Source: an uncultured Chlamydiae bacterium (GTDB taxonomy: Bacteria > Chlamydiota > Chlamydiia > Chlamydiales > JAJFMB01). From it: DNA of 64,000 bases. Position 1 is the first letter of the stretch; every line of letters starts with the position of its first letter. Below the pieces are notes generated by a model. That model was not told the DNA's origin. It worked only from the letters and a program-made list of their open reading frames with translations, and made no database searches. The position numbers were made by a program, and so were the translations under genes. This document shows, in pieces, positions 38,068 through 48,176 of the stretch. The stretch spans positions 3,040,001 to 3,104,000 of the forward strand of contig CAVOJR010000001.1 in NCBI GenBank assembly GCA_963696295.1, in the 5' to 3' direction.

Positions 38068-38083
38068 AAATTTAGGTAGTATC

Positions 38084-38242
38084 ATGTCAAGACATCCAAG
38101 CTTCGGTAAATCCAGCGGAACAAAAGCGAAACGCAATGTGCTTAAACGGTTTGAGCGCATCGACGTTTTGAAAAAGATCGATCGCTGGGACGATAGTAAA
38201 AATAAACGCGTAACCGGTTTACCGAAAACGCCTTCAATTTAA
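38084..38242 (+). CDS. PVC-superphylum small basic signature protein (CT421.2-like, 52 aa)
   Basis: MSRHPSFGK...KRNVLKRFERIDVLKK..RW...VTGLPK. Confidence 0.9.
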   Translation: MSRHPSFGKSSGTKAKRNVLKRFERIDVLKKIDRWDDSKNKRVTGLPKTPSI

Positions 38243-38295
38243 TTTTCTAATTTGCTATAGAAAGGCAAAGGGTATAAAACGGCTTGTAGGTTATA

Positions 38296-38745
38296 GTGGA
38301 CGTTCATGTTTTTGATGATCAGAAATCACTGAAATTACCTCATGCCGTTGTCCAAGCCATTGCCAGTCAGGTGGTTTCTGAAGAAGGACACCAGTATGAC
38401 GAAGTGTCTATTCATTTTGTTGACACGAAGAACATCTCCGAATTACACAAGCAATTTTTTGACGACCCCACCCCCACCGACTGCATCTCCTTTCCGATGG
38501 ATGATGCGGATTCTGTCGGGTACCGGGTTCTTGGGGAAGTGTTTGTCTGCCCCGAGGTCGCCATCGAGTATTCTGAAGAGCACGGGCATGACCCCTACGA
38601 AGAAACGACCCTTTACATTGTGCATGGCCTATTGCATTTGCTCGGGTACGATGATATTGAAGAGAAGGACGTGGCTAAGATGCGGGCTGCGGAACAGCGC
38701 CATTTGGCAAGCTTGAAAAAGCGCGGATTAATTTTACAAAACTAG
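38296..38745 (+). CDS. ybeY: rRNA maturation endoribonuclease YbeY
   Basis: PTDCISFP, HGLLHLLGYDD. Confidence 0.93.
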   Translation: MDVHVFDDQKSLKLPHAVVQAIASQVVSEEGHQYDEVSIHFVDTKNISELHKQFFDDPTPTDCISFPMDDADSVGYRVLGEVFVCPEVAIEYSEEHGHDPYEETTLYIVHGLLHLLGYDDIEEKDVAKMRAAEQRHLASLKKRGLILQN

Positions 38746-38754
38746 GAGCCTATT

Positions 38755-40068
38755 TTGCTACAGGTTGCGCTCACCGTCATTGCGCTGCTTTCTCTGATCG
38801 GTACTTTTATCCTTTCAGCTTTCAGTACGGCGTTTCGGCGGATCCATCCCGAAAGCGCTCAAAAGCAGTTTCTTAGATTAGGCAAAGGCTTTTTTTACCG
38901 CCCCTTTCATCTTTTCTTCTTTCCCAAGAATGATCATGAGGGGATTTATTTTGTCACCATATGCGCCTTAAGCTTATCGCGCTTTTGCTTCTGCCTATCC
39001 TCTTTTATGCTGCTTCTCCAGTCGAGCTTTTACGACCATTGGATCAGTTTTATTCTGGGTATTATCTGCCTGTTTTTGCTCTTTTTCCTTGTAGGAGATT
39101 ATCTGCCGCGCATATTCGCCACTAAAAACGCCAAAGGAACCATCCGTTTTTTCTCCCCGTTCGCCTCACTTTACCTCTATTTGAGTTTCCCCCTGGCCTA
39201 CCCTTTTCTGATGCTCTCCTCCACGCTTTCCCGAAAGTCTTACATCGAACATTTTTTGCAAAGGCCGGAAAGCGAAGTGGAGCAGGAGATTATGGCTCTT
39301 GTCCGCCAGGCGGATTTGAAAGCGCTGGAGCCGCATGAGAAAAAGCTGATCGTATCAGTCCTTTCCTTTCGCAGCCGGATAGTGCGCGAGATCATGGTTC
39401 CCCGCGTCAATCTCTTCAGCCTCTCCGCCGATACTAAGATAAAAGACGCGGCTGAAATCCTTGAAGAGGAGGGATACAGCCGTGTTCCCGTCTTCAAAGA
39501 CACAGTGGACAACATTGTCGGGGTCTTGATGCTCAAAGACCTGGTGGCCAAATATTCCGAATACACAGAAAAGAGCAACAACCTGGAAATTTTGGAGGCG
39601 CCCATCTCCACGATTCAGAAGCCGCCCTTCTACACCCCCGAGACCAAAAAAATTTCAGAGCTTCTGCAGGAATTTCGCCGAAAAAAGGTGCATATCGCCA
39701 TCGTCGTGGACGAGTATGGGGGAACGGAGGGGATTGTCACCATTGAAGACATTCTGGAACAGATCGTCGGCGAGATTGCCGATGAGTACGATACCGAAGA
39801 GGAGCAGTTTACCGCCCTTCCCGATGGCTCCTGGGTCGTAGACGCGGCGATGAGCATCAATGACGCCGAGCAGCAGCTGAGCATCAGGATCCCGCAAGAA
39901 GGGGATTACGACACCATCGGGGGCTATATTTTTCACCGCACCGGCTCGATCCCTTCGAAGGGGTTTATTATTCACCACGACGACTTTGAGCTCGAGATTG
40001 TGCGCTCCAACGACCGCTGTGTGGAAAAGGTGCGTATCCGCCCCATTCTAAGCCAGGACCGCCACTAA
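38755..40068 (+). CDS. Hemolysin-family CNNM/CBS/CorC domain membrane protein
   Basis: REIMVPR, GYSRVPV, VDEYGGTEGIVTIEDILEQIVGEI.DEYD. Confidence 0.93.
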   Translation: MLQVALTVIALLSLIGTFILSAFSTAFRRIHPESAQKQFLRLGKGFFYRPFHLFFFPKNDHEGIYFVTICALSLSRFCFCLSSFMLLLQSSFYDHWISFILGIICLFLLFFLVGDYLPRIFATKNAKGTIRFFSPFASLYLYLSFPLAYPFLMLSSTLSRKSYIEHFLQRPESEVEQEIMALVRQADLKALEPHEKKLIVSVLSFRSRIVREIMVPRVNLFSLSADTKIKDAAEILEEEGYSRVPVFKDTVDNIVGVLMLKDLVAKYSEYTEKSNNLEILEAPISTIQKPPFYTPETKKISELLQEFRRKKVHIAIVVDEYGGTEGIVTIEDILEQIVGEIADEYDTEEEQFTALPDGSWVVDAAMSINDAEQQLSIRIPQEGDYDTIGGYIFHRTGSIPSKGFIIHHDDFELEIVRSNDRCVEKVRIRPILSQDRH

Positions 40069-40109
40069 TTAATATAAAGTTATATAATTTTAATAAAAAC
40101 GGAGGATTT

Positions 40110-40493
40110 ATGACTAATTCTGGAGATATGTTTAGCGGAGTCCGTGGTTATCATGCCACTCCATGGGAAATGTACGGAGGAACGCGCAATGATGAGGCTC
40201 CAAGAAATAACCTTGACCTGGCGTTTATATTGGAGCACGATTTGATGCCTCATGTGAATATTGTCGTGATGCACCATAATGTCACCTTATTAACGGATGA
40301 GGAGAGAAACCGGTTTATTCATCTAAACTACTTTGGCTTGAGGGACGACATCCCGGACTTTTCCGGCAGCAGCGATATGGAAGTTGAAAAGGAAGTAGAA
40401 GTGACCGTTGAAAGGGAAACCGAAGTCATTATTGAAGAACCTGTACTAGTTATACGACCCAGAAAGGACGAGCCCCCTCATAAAGAAACCTAA
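40110..40493 (+). CDS. Hypothetical protein
   Basis: ORF with GGAGG SD; acidic C-terminus. Confidence 0.55.
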   Translation: MTNSGDMFSGVRGYHATPWEMYGGTRNDEAPRNNLDLAFILEHDLMPHVNIVVMHHNVTLLTDEERNRFIHLNYFGLRDDIPDFSGSSDMEVEKEVEVTVERETEVIIEEPVLVIRPRKDEPPHKET

Positions 40494-41851
40494 AGGAAAA
40501 ATTGCCCGTGCAACCCCGCAGGTATGGGATGGGGGACGCGGGCTCTTCCTACTTCTTTAAAACTTCCGGCATCCAGGATAAGTAAAAAAGAGGTATGATG
40601 CGTGTGGTCGAAAACGACCGCAAGCACAACCCCCTCATCCTCCTCTTTGGCCTGAGGGGAAGCGACGAATACCGGCTCCCCCGGCGAACAGCCCGGCTCT
40701 GACCATGTGATAACTTCTTTTGTACCCGTATTCAATTTGTAGAGGCCCTGCGACTCTTTCATTGAAAAAGAGCAAAGATAGAGATAGGTATAGGCGCGGC
40801 CGTCATATCTCTCATTGATTCTGGGAAATTCGCTCGATTGGGATAATAAAATTTCCGATGTGGCCTCCCCGTTTGTCAAGGGAAGGAAAAATCTTTCTAC
40901 CCGATTATGCCAATGAGTCATTGGACCCGGATTGAGATAGAAATTGTCGATGATACCCGCATCCTCGTAAGCCACAATATCCAACACAATGTGATCATCC
41001 TTTTCAAAGGCGTTGGCGTGATGAAAGGCAAAAAAGGGTTTTGTGAAGAGGGTCTTAACCTCTTTTCCCGTTTTTTTGTCGATGACGGTAAAGCGCGTGC
41101 CTTTTTGCGGCTCCCAGGTAAAATTTTTAATAAACGCTTTGCCTTTAGTGATCAAATCCATGGGCTTCACAACCAAAGGGTATTCCGCAAATATCACATA
41201 ATTTTCAGTGACGGCAAAGCTATGCATGTAAGAGGGGCGATCGACGCTTACCTCTGCGATGATTTTTCTCTCCGCTGTTCCATTCTCAATCCGGTAGAGG
41301 GTATATGAGCTGGTCCGCCCGAACTGAATCAGATAATTCAGGGTTTCATGGGAGTCATGGTGCGGGTGGGCCGATTCCCAGCACTTGTCTTTTGGCAAGG
41401 CATCCTGATAATCAAAAACTCCCAGGGTTTTAAGCGTTGCGGGATCAAATCTTACAGGCAAGGGCACTTCGGTCAAGGCCACATACTGCTCCGCTATTTT
41501 TGCGACATTGATATTGGCATTCTGGATGGGCGAGAAGAAAAAGGTCAGCAAATATCTAAAAAGGGAGCGGCAAGGATCTGTGGCAAATCCCGTATAATCC
41601 AGACGGCCCTCTTCAAAAACCTTGCGGTAGGCCTCTGAGCGGAGATACCGGTTGGTATAGTGGATCTTTCCCCCGTCAAAGGAGAAGGCGTGGAGCATGG
41701 CGAGGCCGTCGAACCAATGGGCGTTTTTTTGTCCCTTTACTTCCACATTGACGGGGCCGTTGCGCACCAGAACACCGGACAGCCAGGAAGGGATTTTCCC
41801 CGAAATCGCTAATGGTTCAGATATTTCTTCCCGCAGTTCCATTTTATACAA
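40490..41851 (-). CDS. Carotenoid oxygenase (RPE65/CCD) family dioxygenase
   Basis: GKIPSWLSG.L.RNGP, HWFDG, iron-ligand His in SAHPH, MHSF, FHHAN and GLHG. Confidence 0.92.
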   Translation of the reverse strand: MYKMELREEISEPLAISGKIPSWLSGVLVRNGPVNVEVKGQKNAHWFDGLAMLHAFSFDGGKIHYTNRYLRSEAYRKVFEEGRLDYTGFATDPCRSLFRYLLTFFFSPIQNANINVAKIAEQYVALTEVPLPVRFDPATLKTLGVFDYQDALPKDKCWESAHPHHDSHETLNYLIQFGRTSSYTLYRIENGTAERKIIAEVSVDRPSYMHSFAVTENYVIFAEYPLVVKPMDLITKGKAFIKNFTWEPQKGTRFTVIDKKTGKEVKTLFTKPFFAFHHANAFEKDDHIVLDIVAYEDAGIIDNFYLNPGPMTHWHNRVERFFLPLTNGEATSEILLSQSSEFPRINERYDGRAYTYLYLCSFSMKESQGLYKLNTGTKEVITWSEPGCSPGEPVFVASPQAKEEDEGVVLAVVFDHTHHTSFLLILDAGSFKEVGRARVPHPIPAGLHGQFFL

Positions 41852-41893
41852 TCTTTAAATATATCCTTTATAATGATGGAAAAGGGGTTTTTT

Positions 41894-42244
41894 ATGCGAG
41901 AATTTATGCCGGGCATTCCGCTGGTCGAAGATGGGTTATGTCAGGCGATAGCTGTGCAGCAAGCACTTGATAAAGATGGGCCTAACTGGGTTGACAAGTT
42001 GGGTTATTGGCCGGGAATTGGTCAAGTTGTGGCCTTTGGAAGAGTGTTATATGGCGTTGCTGAACTCGTCATGTCCGTCGTAAAGACTAGTTTGAAGGCT
42101 GACGGATTATACCATATCGCGCGGGCCCGGATGGAAGCCGAGGGGAGTAAACTCCCTTATCTCTATGACCAGCAGAGAATTCAAATTATTACCCGAGAAG
42201 CCGCAAGCCACCCCTATGATTCCCTTGAGACCACTTTAACTTGA
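41894..42244 (+). CDS. Hypothetical protein
   Basis: ORF with LGYWPGIG hydrophobic segment; overlaps the ALDH 3' end. Confidence 0.45.
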   Translation: MREFMPGIPLVEDGLCQAIAVQQALDKDGPNWVDKLGYWPGIGQVVAFGRVLYGVAELVMSVVKTSLKADGLYHIARARMEAEGSKLPYLYDQQRIQIITREAASHPYDSLETTLT

Positions 42245-43584
42245 GTGACTTCCCTGAATCCGAATTGGGCGTGCTCCCTGCCGCCTCCCGACATTTTGTA
42301 GCCGCCGAAGGGGTTGAAGGCATAGACATAGCTCACTCCGTTCTGGCAGACCATGCCCGATTCCATCTGCCTGGCCACGCGGGAGAATCTTTTGGGGTCT
42401 TTCGTGTAAATGGAAGCCCCTAAGCCATATTTCGTATCATTGGCGAGTGCTACAGCCTCCGCTTCCTCCTTGAAAGTGATGATAGGCAGGACGGGGCCGA
42501 ACACCTCTTCTTGCCAGACGCGCATATTTTTCTGGATGTTTCTCAAAAGCGTGGGCTCGAAGTAGGCCCCTTTCAGGTGGGCAGGTTCTTTTCCGCCAAC
42601 AATCACCTTGGCTCCTTTTTGAAGGGCGTCGTCCAGCTGCTGCTTAATCAAAACAAGCTGCCTTTCCGCTACCAGGGGGCCGAGATCGGCCTTCTCATCT
42701 TCGGCGTCGCCGAGGTGAAGCTCTTTTAAATGGTGCGTTAATTTCGCAATGACCTCTTCGACTTTGCTCTCATGCACAATCAGTCTTTTCAGAGCGTCGC
42801 ACATCTGCCCCGAGTTGGAAAAGCGTCTGAAAATCAGCGTGGGAATGATGGCGTCGATGTCGGCGTCTTCAAAAATAATGCCGGGGGCAGAGCCGCCCAG
42901 TTCCATGTTCGTTTTGATAAACCGGCCGGCGGCGTTCTGGTTAATTTTAGCGCCGGCTTGACTGCTGCCGGTAAAGCAGATGAGATTGACTTCCTGGTTG
43001 ATCAACATTTCACCCACCGATTTATCGCCATACACCTCGTTAAAAACACCTTTTGGCAAATGCTTCACCATTCGCTCTTCGATCGCCTTGCCAAACAGGG
43101 GCGTTTCTTCGGAGATTTTAAAGACAATCGTGTTGCCGGCCACCAAATTTTGACCCGTTTGCCAGACAAAGTTGGAAAAGGGGTAGTTCCAGGCCACAAT
43201 GACGGCCGCGACGCCAAAGGGCTCCTGGTGCACTTCATGCACCTCTTTCTCATCCTGATGGGTCGTTTCTGATTTCAGATACTGCTTGGCATTTTCCAGG
43301 TAGGAGCGAAAATAATTCACGCCAAAATCTATCTCTTCCCGGGCGTGTTTGATCGGCTTGCCCATTTCTTGCGAAATCAGCCTGGCCAATAGTTCTTTAT
43401 CCTTCTCAAAGCTGTCGACGACTTTTTTGATGAGAGGAATGCGCCCCTCAACTCCAAGCGCCTGCCATTCCCGGCTGGCTTCTTTGGCAGCCTGGACCTT
43501 TTTTTTGACATCCTCTAGCGTGGAAACTTCTACTTCGCCTAATACCTGATAATTTTTGGAGGGATTGGTGGAGATTATCTTCAT
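42214..43584 (-). CDS. NAD(P)-dependent aldehyde dehydrogenase
   Basis: WNYP, FTGS, MELGG, GQMC, EEVFGPV, PFGG.K.SG.GRE. Confidence 0.95.
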   Translation of the reverse strand: MKIISTNPSKNYQVLGEVEVSTLEDVKKKVQAAKEASREWQALGVEGRIPLIKKVVDSFEKDKELLARLISQEMGKPIKHAREEIDFGVNYFRSYLENAKQYLKSETTHQDEKEVHEVHQEPFGVAAVIVAWNYPFSNFVWQTGQNLVAGNTIVFKISEETPLFGKAIEERMVKHLPKGVFNEVYGDKSVGEMLINQEVNLICFTGSSQAGAKINQNAAGRFIKTNMELGGSAPGIIFEDADIDAIIPTLIFRRFSNSGQMCDALKRLIVHESKVEEVIAKLTHHLKELHLGDAEDEKADLGPLVAERQLVLIKQQLDDALQKGAKVIVGGKEPAHLKGAYFEPTLLRNIQKNMRVWQEEVFGPVLPIITFKEEAEAVALANDTKYGLGASIYTKDPKRFSRVARQMESGMVCQNGVSYVYAFNPFGGYKMSGGGREHAQFGFREVTQVKVVSRES

Positions 43585-43664
43585 AATTCATTATTTAGTG
43601 TCATTAATATTTTTGGTCAAGAAAATAGCTATCCCATATACTGCCATTTGGCAAGGAGAATAAC

Positions 43665-45122
43665 GTGATTTTAGGCTTTTTTCTTGGCGCTGCTGCCTGC
43701 TATATCGCTTTCCGACTCAAAATGGGGAGTTTTCAGTTTTTGGCAAAGGGCATTTTGGCTTCCGCCGAACAGGAAGCCAAACACCTAAAAGAGCTCGCGC
43801 TGCTCGAGATTCAGCATTTGAAGCGGGATGCGCTGGAAGCGGAAAACAGGGAAAAGGAAAAAGCGCAGGCGGCTAAGGAGGAGCTCCACAAAAAGGGGCA
43901 GCTTTTAGATAAAAAGCTCGTTGAAGTGGAAAGAAAGGAGGCCGCCCTCCTCAAAAAAGAGCGGGAAATCGAAGTCAAATCCGGCGAGCTCCTCCAAATG
44001 GCGGAGTTGTCGAAGGAAGAGGCTAAAGCCCACCTCCTCGCTAAAGTTGAGCGGGAGATCCAGGGCGAGCTGCTTGAGGCGCAAAACAAAAAAGTCAGGG
44101 AAATCGAAGACAATGCCGACCGGGAAGGCACCCGGATCATCACGACGGCGATCAATCGCCTGGCGGCGAGCGCCGTTTCGGAACACACCATCAACACCGT
44201 TTCCATCCCAAGCGATGATGTGAAGGCGCGAATCATCGGGCGGGAAGGGCGCAATATCAGGTGCCTGGAGCGGGAAACCGGCGTCAATTTCCTGATCGAT
44301 GACACTCCGGGAGCTATTGTCCTCTCCTGCTTCGATCCTGTCAGGCTGCATGTGGCTAAATGCGCCCTGCAGGAGCTGATTCAAGACGGGCGCATCCATC
44401 CGACGAGGATCGAAGAGGCAGCGGAGAAGGCGCGCAAAAAGATAGCCAAAGACATACAGATAAAGGCCGAAGACGCCGCTCTGCAGGCGGGTATTTTTAA
44501 CCTGCACCCCGAACTTTTAACCCTGCTGGGGCAGCTTGGCTACCGCTATAGCCTGGGGCAAAACGTCTTGACCCACTCGGTGGAAGTGAGCCATCTGATG
44601 GGGATGATGGCGGCCGAACTCAATCTCGACGCGGCCCTGGCCAGGAGGATCGGCCTGCTGCACGATATCGGCAAGGCCGTCACGCATGAAATGGAGGGGT
44701 CCCACGCCCTGATCGGCTTTCAGCTGACTCAAAAATATGGGGAAAGCCTGAAAGTCTCCAATGGGGTGGGCTGCCACCATCATGAAGTGGAACCCATCAC
44801 CTTCGAGGGAAGCCTTTGCAGCGCCGCCGACGCCCTCTCCGCCTCCCGCCCGGGAGCCAGGATGGAAGCGGTGGAAAGCTACTTAAAAAGGCTGCAGAAT
44901 CTGGAGAAAATAGCCGCCGGCTACCCCGGAGTGGAGAAGGTCTACGCCTTGCAGGCCGGAAGAGAGGTGCGGGTGACCGTTTTGCCCGACATGCTCGATG
45001 ATGACGCTACAAAAAAGCTGGCGAGAGAGATTACGAAACGGATCGAAGACGAGCTAAAGTACCACGGCAAGATCAAAGTCACCCTAATCCGGGAAAAAAG
45101 GGTTACAGAGTATGCAATTTAG
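43665..45122 (+). CDS. rny: Ribonuclease Y
   Basis: N-terminal TM, coiled coil, RIIGREGRNI KH domain, LLHDIGK HD domain, ASRPGAR. Confidence 0.96.
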   Translation: MILGFFLGAAACYIAFRLKMGSFQFLAKGILASAEQEAKHLKELALLEIQHLKRDALEAENREKEKAQAAKEELHKKGQLLDKKLVEVERKEAALLKKEREIEVKSGELLQMAELSKEEAKAHLLAKVEREIQGELLEAQNKKVREIEDNADREGTRIITTAINRLAASAVSEHTINTVSIPSDDVKARIIGREGRNIRCLERETGVNFLIDDTPGAIVLSCFDPVRLHVAKCALQELIQDGRIHPTRIEEAAEKARKKIAKDIQIKAEDAALQAGIFNLHPELLTLLGQLGYRYSLGQNVLTHSVEVSHLMGMMAAELNLDAALARRIGLLHDIGKAVTHEMEGSHALIGFQLTQKYGESLKVSNGVGCHHHEVEPITFEGSLCSAADALSASRPGARMEAVESYLKRLQNLEKIAAGYPGVEKVYALQAGREVRVTVLPDMLDDDATKKLAREITKRIEDELKYHGKIKVTLIREKRVTEYAI

Positions 45123-45205
45123 CTGATTGTTAACATTACCTTAATTCGTTCTTTGCTTCAAAGGGTTACAATAAACGTATATTAACAAAGAAGTATTGAG
45201 GATTT

Positions 45206-46192
45206 ATGCTAACCTTTATTTTAAGCTTTATGCTTGGGGTTCTCCCTACTCAGTCTGATAAAGCTACGCCCCCTTTCTTAGTCTACCTCGATCAACAATA
45301 TGTGGCTTACAATTTTGACGACAAAGGGTATGAGCATTGCTGCCAGGTGAGCGGGCAGATGACGCCGCAGGAGCGGAAAAAAACGATTTTTTACTGTTAT
45401 TTTCAGGTGCAAAAGTCAAAATTCAGCGATTCTTATATGGATTTGCTCGACAGAATCGATGAGGTAGCCAAGTACCTGGCAAAAACGGCTCCAAGATACG
45501 AAGATTCTTTAAAAAGCTGGGATGAATTTAAATTGGAGTATAGGAAACAAGGCGTTAAAACGCTTCCCTTTATCGGCTATGGAAGCATGGTCAATCAAAA
45601 TGAGCTAAGAAGAATTCTTCCTACGGAAAGAGAAGTGGTGCCTGTTATCGGTTTTGGGGCCAGGGGGGTATTTAAACTTCACTCGCCTACTTATTTGACC
45701 AGGCAGCTGCCTTCTCCCGGCCACGAACAGGAGAAAGCCGTACTGGCCTTAGAGGAACAAGAGGGTAAGGAAGTTTTCGATCTCCAGCACCTTTTTAACG
45801 GCGTCATGTTTGACTTGCAGGAAAACGAAATCGAAGTCTTGCAAAAATGGGAGCCGAATTATCAAATCAAAAGGGTGCCGGTTATCAAAATGAAGCGCCT
45901 CAACAAAACCCCCATCCGGGTGGATTACGCTTATACCCTTGTCAATAACTCCCCGGCAGACAAATCTTTTAAGCCCCACCTCAACTACCTCAATCTGGTC
46001 ATCGATACTTTTGACGACGGCGACCCTGAGGTGCAGGATTTTGTCCGGTTATTCACGGAAGTATCCTTTTTAGCTGACGGGACCTCCGTTGAACAGTGGC
46101 TGGAAGCGGAAGTCAAGGCTTACTATCAAGATGATCTTATCGTTCAACCCATCGTCCGGCAGCATCTTAAAGCAATTGACGGCTTAAGCTGA
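45206..46192 (+). CDS. Secreted hypothetical protein with gamma-glutamylcyclotransferase-like motif
   Basis: Signal-like N-terminus; FIGYGSMVN, NGV.F, WE..Y, YL..V. Confidence 0.55.
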   Translation: MLTFILSFMLGVLPTQSDKATPPFLVYLDQQYVAYNFDDKGYEHCCQVSGQMTPQERKKTIFYCYFQVQKSKFSDSYMDLLDRIDEVAKYLAKTAPRYEDSLKSWDEFKLEYRKQGVKTLPFIGYGSMVNQNELRRILPTEREVVPVIGFGARGVFKLHSPTYLTRQLPSPGHEQEKAVLALEEQEGKEVFDLQHLFNGVMFDLQENEIEVLQKWEPNYQIKRVPVIKMKRLNKTPIRVDYAYTLVNNSPADKSFKPHLNYLNLVIDTFDDGDPEVQDFVRLFTEVSFLADGTSVEQWLEAEVKAYYQDDLIVQPIVRQHLKAIDGLS

Positions 46193-46361
46193 AGTTTGAG
46201 ATTGCGAACAGCTGAGATTTCTGACGGGACCTCCGTTGAACAGTGGCTGGAAGCGGAAGAGATGATCTTATCATTCAACCCATCGTCCGGCAGCATCTTA
46301 AAGCAATTGACGGCTTAAGCTGAAGTTTGAGGCTTTCTTTTGATTGCGAACAGCATGAGAT
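46074..46361. repeat. About 145-bp tandem duplication of a convergent gene junction
   Basis: 46074-46218 matches 46221-46361 with reciprocal small deletions. Confidence 0.9.
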
Positions 46362-46950
46362 AATAGAGAGGGGTGTTGGCCACGCTAAATAAGACCTTGT
46401 AGGCGTAAGAGATGCACAGGATCGGCATCACTTCATGCAGCCCCATCCCAAGTCCCCAGTAAAAGTATAGCAGATCTACAATGATCGTATCGAGCAGCAG
46501 CGAGGTGCAGGCAGCTCCATTATTGCGCAGCAAATAGCTCGATCCGGTCCATCTTTTAATGAAAGAGTATAGATGAATATCCGCTATTTGCGCCACCAGC
46601 GTCGCTGTCAGGGAAGAAAAAATGCGCAGCCCGCTCAATCCCAGCACCGCATTAAAAGCGGTTTGCTCCTGTTCTATTGTAGCTGGCAGTAACAGGGCCA
46701 GCTGAATGATCCCGAAAGAGAGAAGATTCATACCTAAGGCCATATAGACCATTTGCCTCGCCTCTTTTGAGCCAAACATCTCCGTCGCGAGATTGCTCAG
46801 GAGATAAGTCAAGGGATAGAAGAGCAGACCGGCGGGAATGCAAAATTCCTCAAAGTAGGGCAGGCGGACCAGCTTGACAGAAATGATATTGGACAGGACG
46901 ATTAGCAGGCAAAAAGCTGTGCTGATGCCGAGGTATAGGTGTTTATTCAT
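46315..46950 (-). CDS. Queuosine precursor transporter (YhhQ/Vut_1 family)
   Basis: SNIISVKL, G...YPLTYL....TE.FG...AR, LRNNG....S..LDT. Confidence 0.88.
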   Translation of the reverse strand: MNKHLYLGISTAFCLLIVLSNIISVKLVRLPYFEEFCIPAGLLFYPLTYLLSNLATEMFGSKEARQMVYMALGMNLLSFGIIQLALLLPATIEQEQTAFNAVLGLSGLRIFSSLTATLVAQIADIHLYSFIKRWTGSSYLLRNNGAACTSLLLDTIIVDLLYFYWGLGMGLHEVMPILCISYAYKVLFSVANTPLYYLMLFAIKRKPQTSA

Positions 46951-47012
46951 TCAGCTCTCAATTTCAATGGAAGGCATTATAAACAGAAAAGGGGATAATT
47001 GCAAATAAAGCT

Positions 47013-47030
47013 GGAGGGATTGCTCCCTCC
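47013..47030 (-). terminator. Probable intrinsic terminator after prs
   Basis: GGAGGGA-ttgc-TCCCTCC followed by U-rich sequence on the minus strand. Confidence 0.5.
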
Positions 47031-47034
47031 GGAT

Positions 47035-48069
47035 TTAATCAAAGAGAGCGGAAACAGATTGTCCGTTGTTGCTGCGCTTAATAGCCTCAGCCAAAAGGGA
47101 CGCGACCGAAATCTGCTTCACATTTTTTGGAGCATTCGGACTTAAAGGGATGGTGTCGGAAATAACCATCTCTTCAATCACCGAATTCCCAATCTTTTCC
47201 AGAGCAGATCCCGTAAACACCGGATGGGTAATGGCGGCAAAAACCCGTCTTGCGCCATGGTTTTTTAGCTCTTCTGCCGCTTTTACCAATGTTCCTCCTG
47301 TGTCGCAAAGATCATCGACCAGGATGACATCAGCGTCTTGCACATCTCCTACCAGATTCATGCTATCCACCACACCGGCCTCTTTGCGCTGCTTAATGAT
47401 CATCGCGATTTCGCTCGAGACGCCATATTTGGCGAGTTTTTCCATAAATTGCTTCGCGCGGCTGACTCCTCCTGCATCGGGAGAGACGACAACCACCTTC
47501 TCTAAATTCTTGCCGGCAAAGTAAGGCACGAAGACTGAAGAGGCGTAGAGGTTGTCGACGGGTATATTTTGAAAGAATCCCTGTATCTGACCGCAGTGCA
47601 GGTCGATCGCGATTACCCGGTCAACGCCGGCATGCTCCAGCAGCATGGCAACATCCGCCGCGGAGATCGGCACGCGCGATTCCACTTTCCGGTCCTGTCT
47701 GGCGTAGCCGTAGTAAGGAATGACGGCGGTAATAGATTCGGCCGAGGCTCGTTTGGCCGTGCGCACCATAAGCAGAAGCTCCATCACGCTGTCGTTGATG
47801 GTCTGAGTTCCGTTTTGACACGTCGATTGCATGATATAAACGTCTTTTCCGCGGACGTTTTCTTGAATGCGGATGCGGATTTCTCCGTCATTAAATCTCT
47901 TTACGAGAGATTTTCCCAAATCAATTTGCAGACATTTAGCGACTTCAGCGGCAAGGGCTGGATTGGCGTTGCCGGTAAAGAGCAGGGCATGGCCATCCAA
48001 GAGGGAGTCGGCATGCAGAGGGCATAGGCTGAAAGTGATTAAAACGATTAATGCGATGATTTTTTTCAT
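47035..48069 (-). CDS. prs: Ribose-phosphate pyrophosphokinase with predicted signal peptide
   Basis: FNDGE, PYYGYARQDRK, DLHCGQIQGFF, VSPDAGG, DDLCDTGGTL; N-terminus MKKIIALIVLITFSLCPLHA. Confidence 0.93.
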   Translation of the reverse strand: MKKIIALIVLITFSLCPLHADSLLDGHALLFTGNANPALAAEVAKCLQIDLGKSLVKRFNDGEIRIRIQENVRGKDVYIMQSTCQNGTQTINDSVMELLLMVRTAKRASAESITAVIPYYGYARQDRKVESRVPISAADVAMLLEHAGVDRVIAIDLHCGQIQGFFQNIPVDNLYASSVFVPYFAGKNLEKVVVVSPDAGGVSRAKQFMEKLAKYGVSSEIAMIIKQRKEAGVVDSMNLVGDVQDADVILVDDLCDTGGTLVKAAEELKNHGARRVFAAITHPVFTGSALEKIGNSVIEEMVISDTIPLSPNAPKNVKQISVASLLAEAIKRSNNGQSVSALFD

Positions 48070-48176
48070 AAGGGTACTCCTTTTTTTAAACGTAGGAATT
48101 ATAGACCAACGCTCATAAAATTCAAGGGCAATTTTTTCATGGAAAAATGGGGCTTTTTTCCTTATACTTTGCCACT

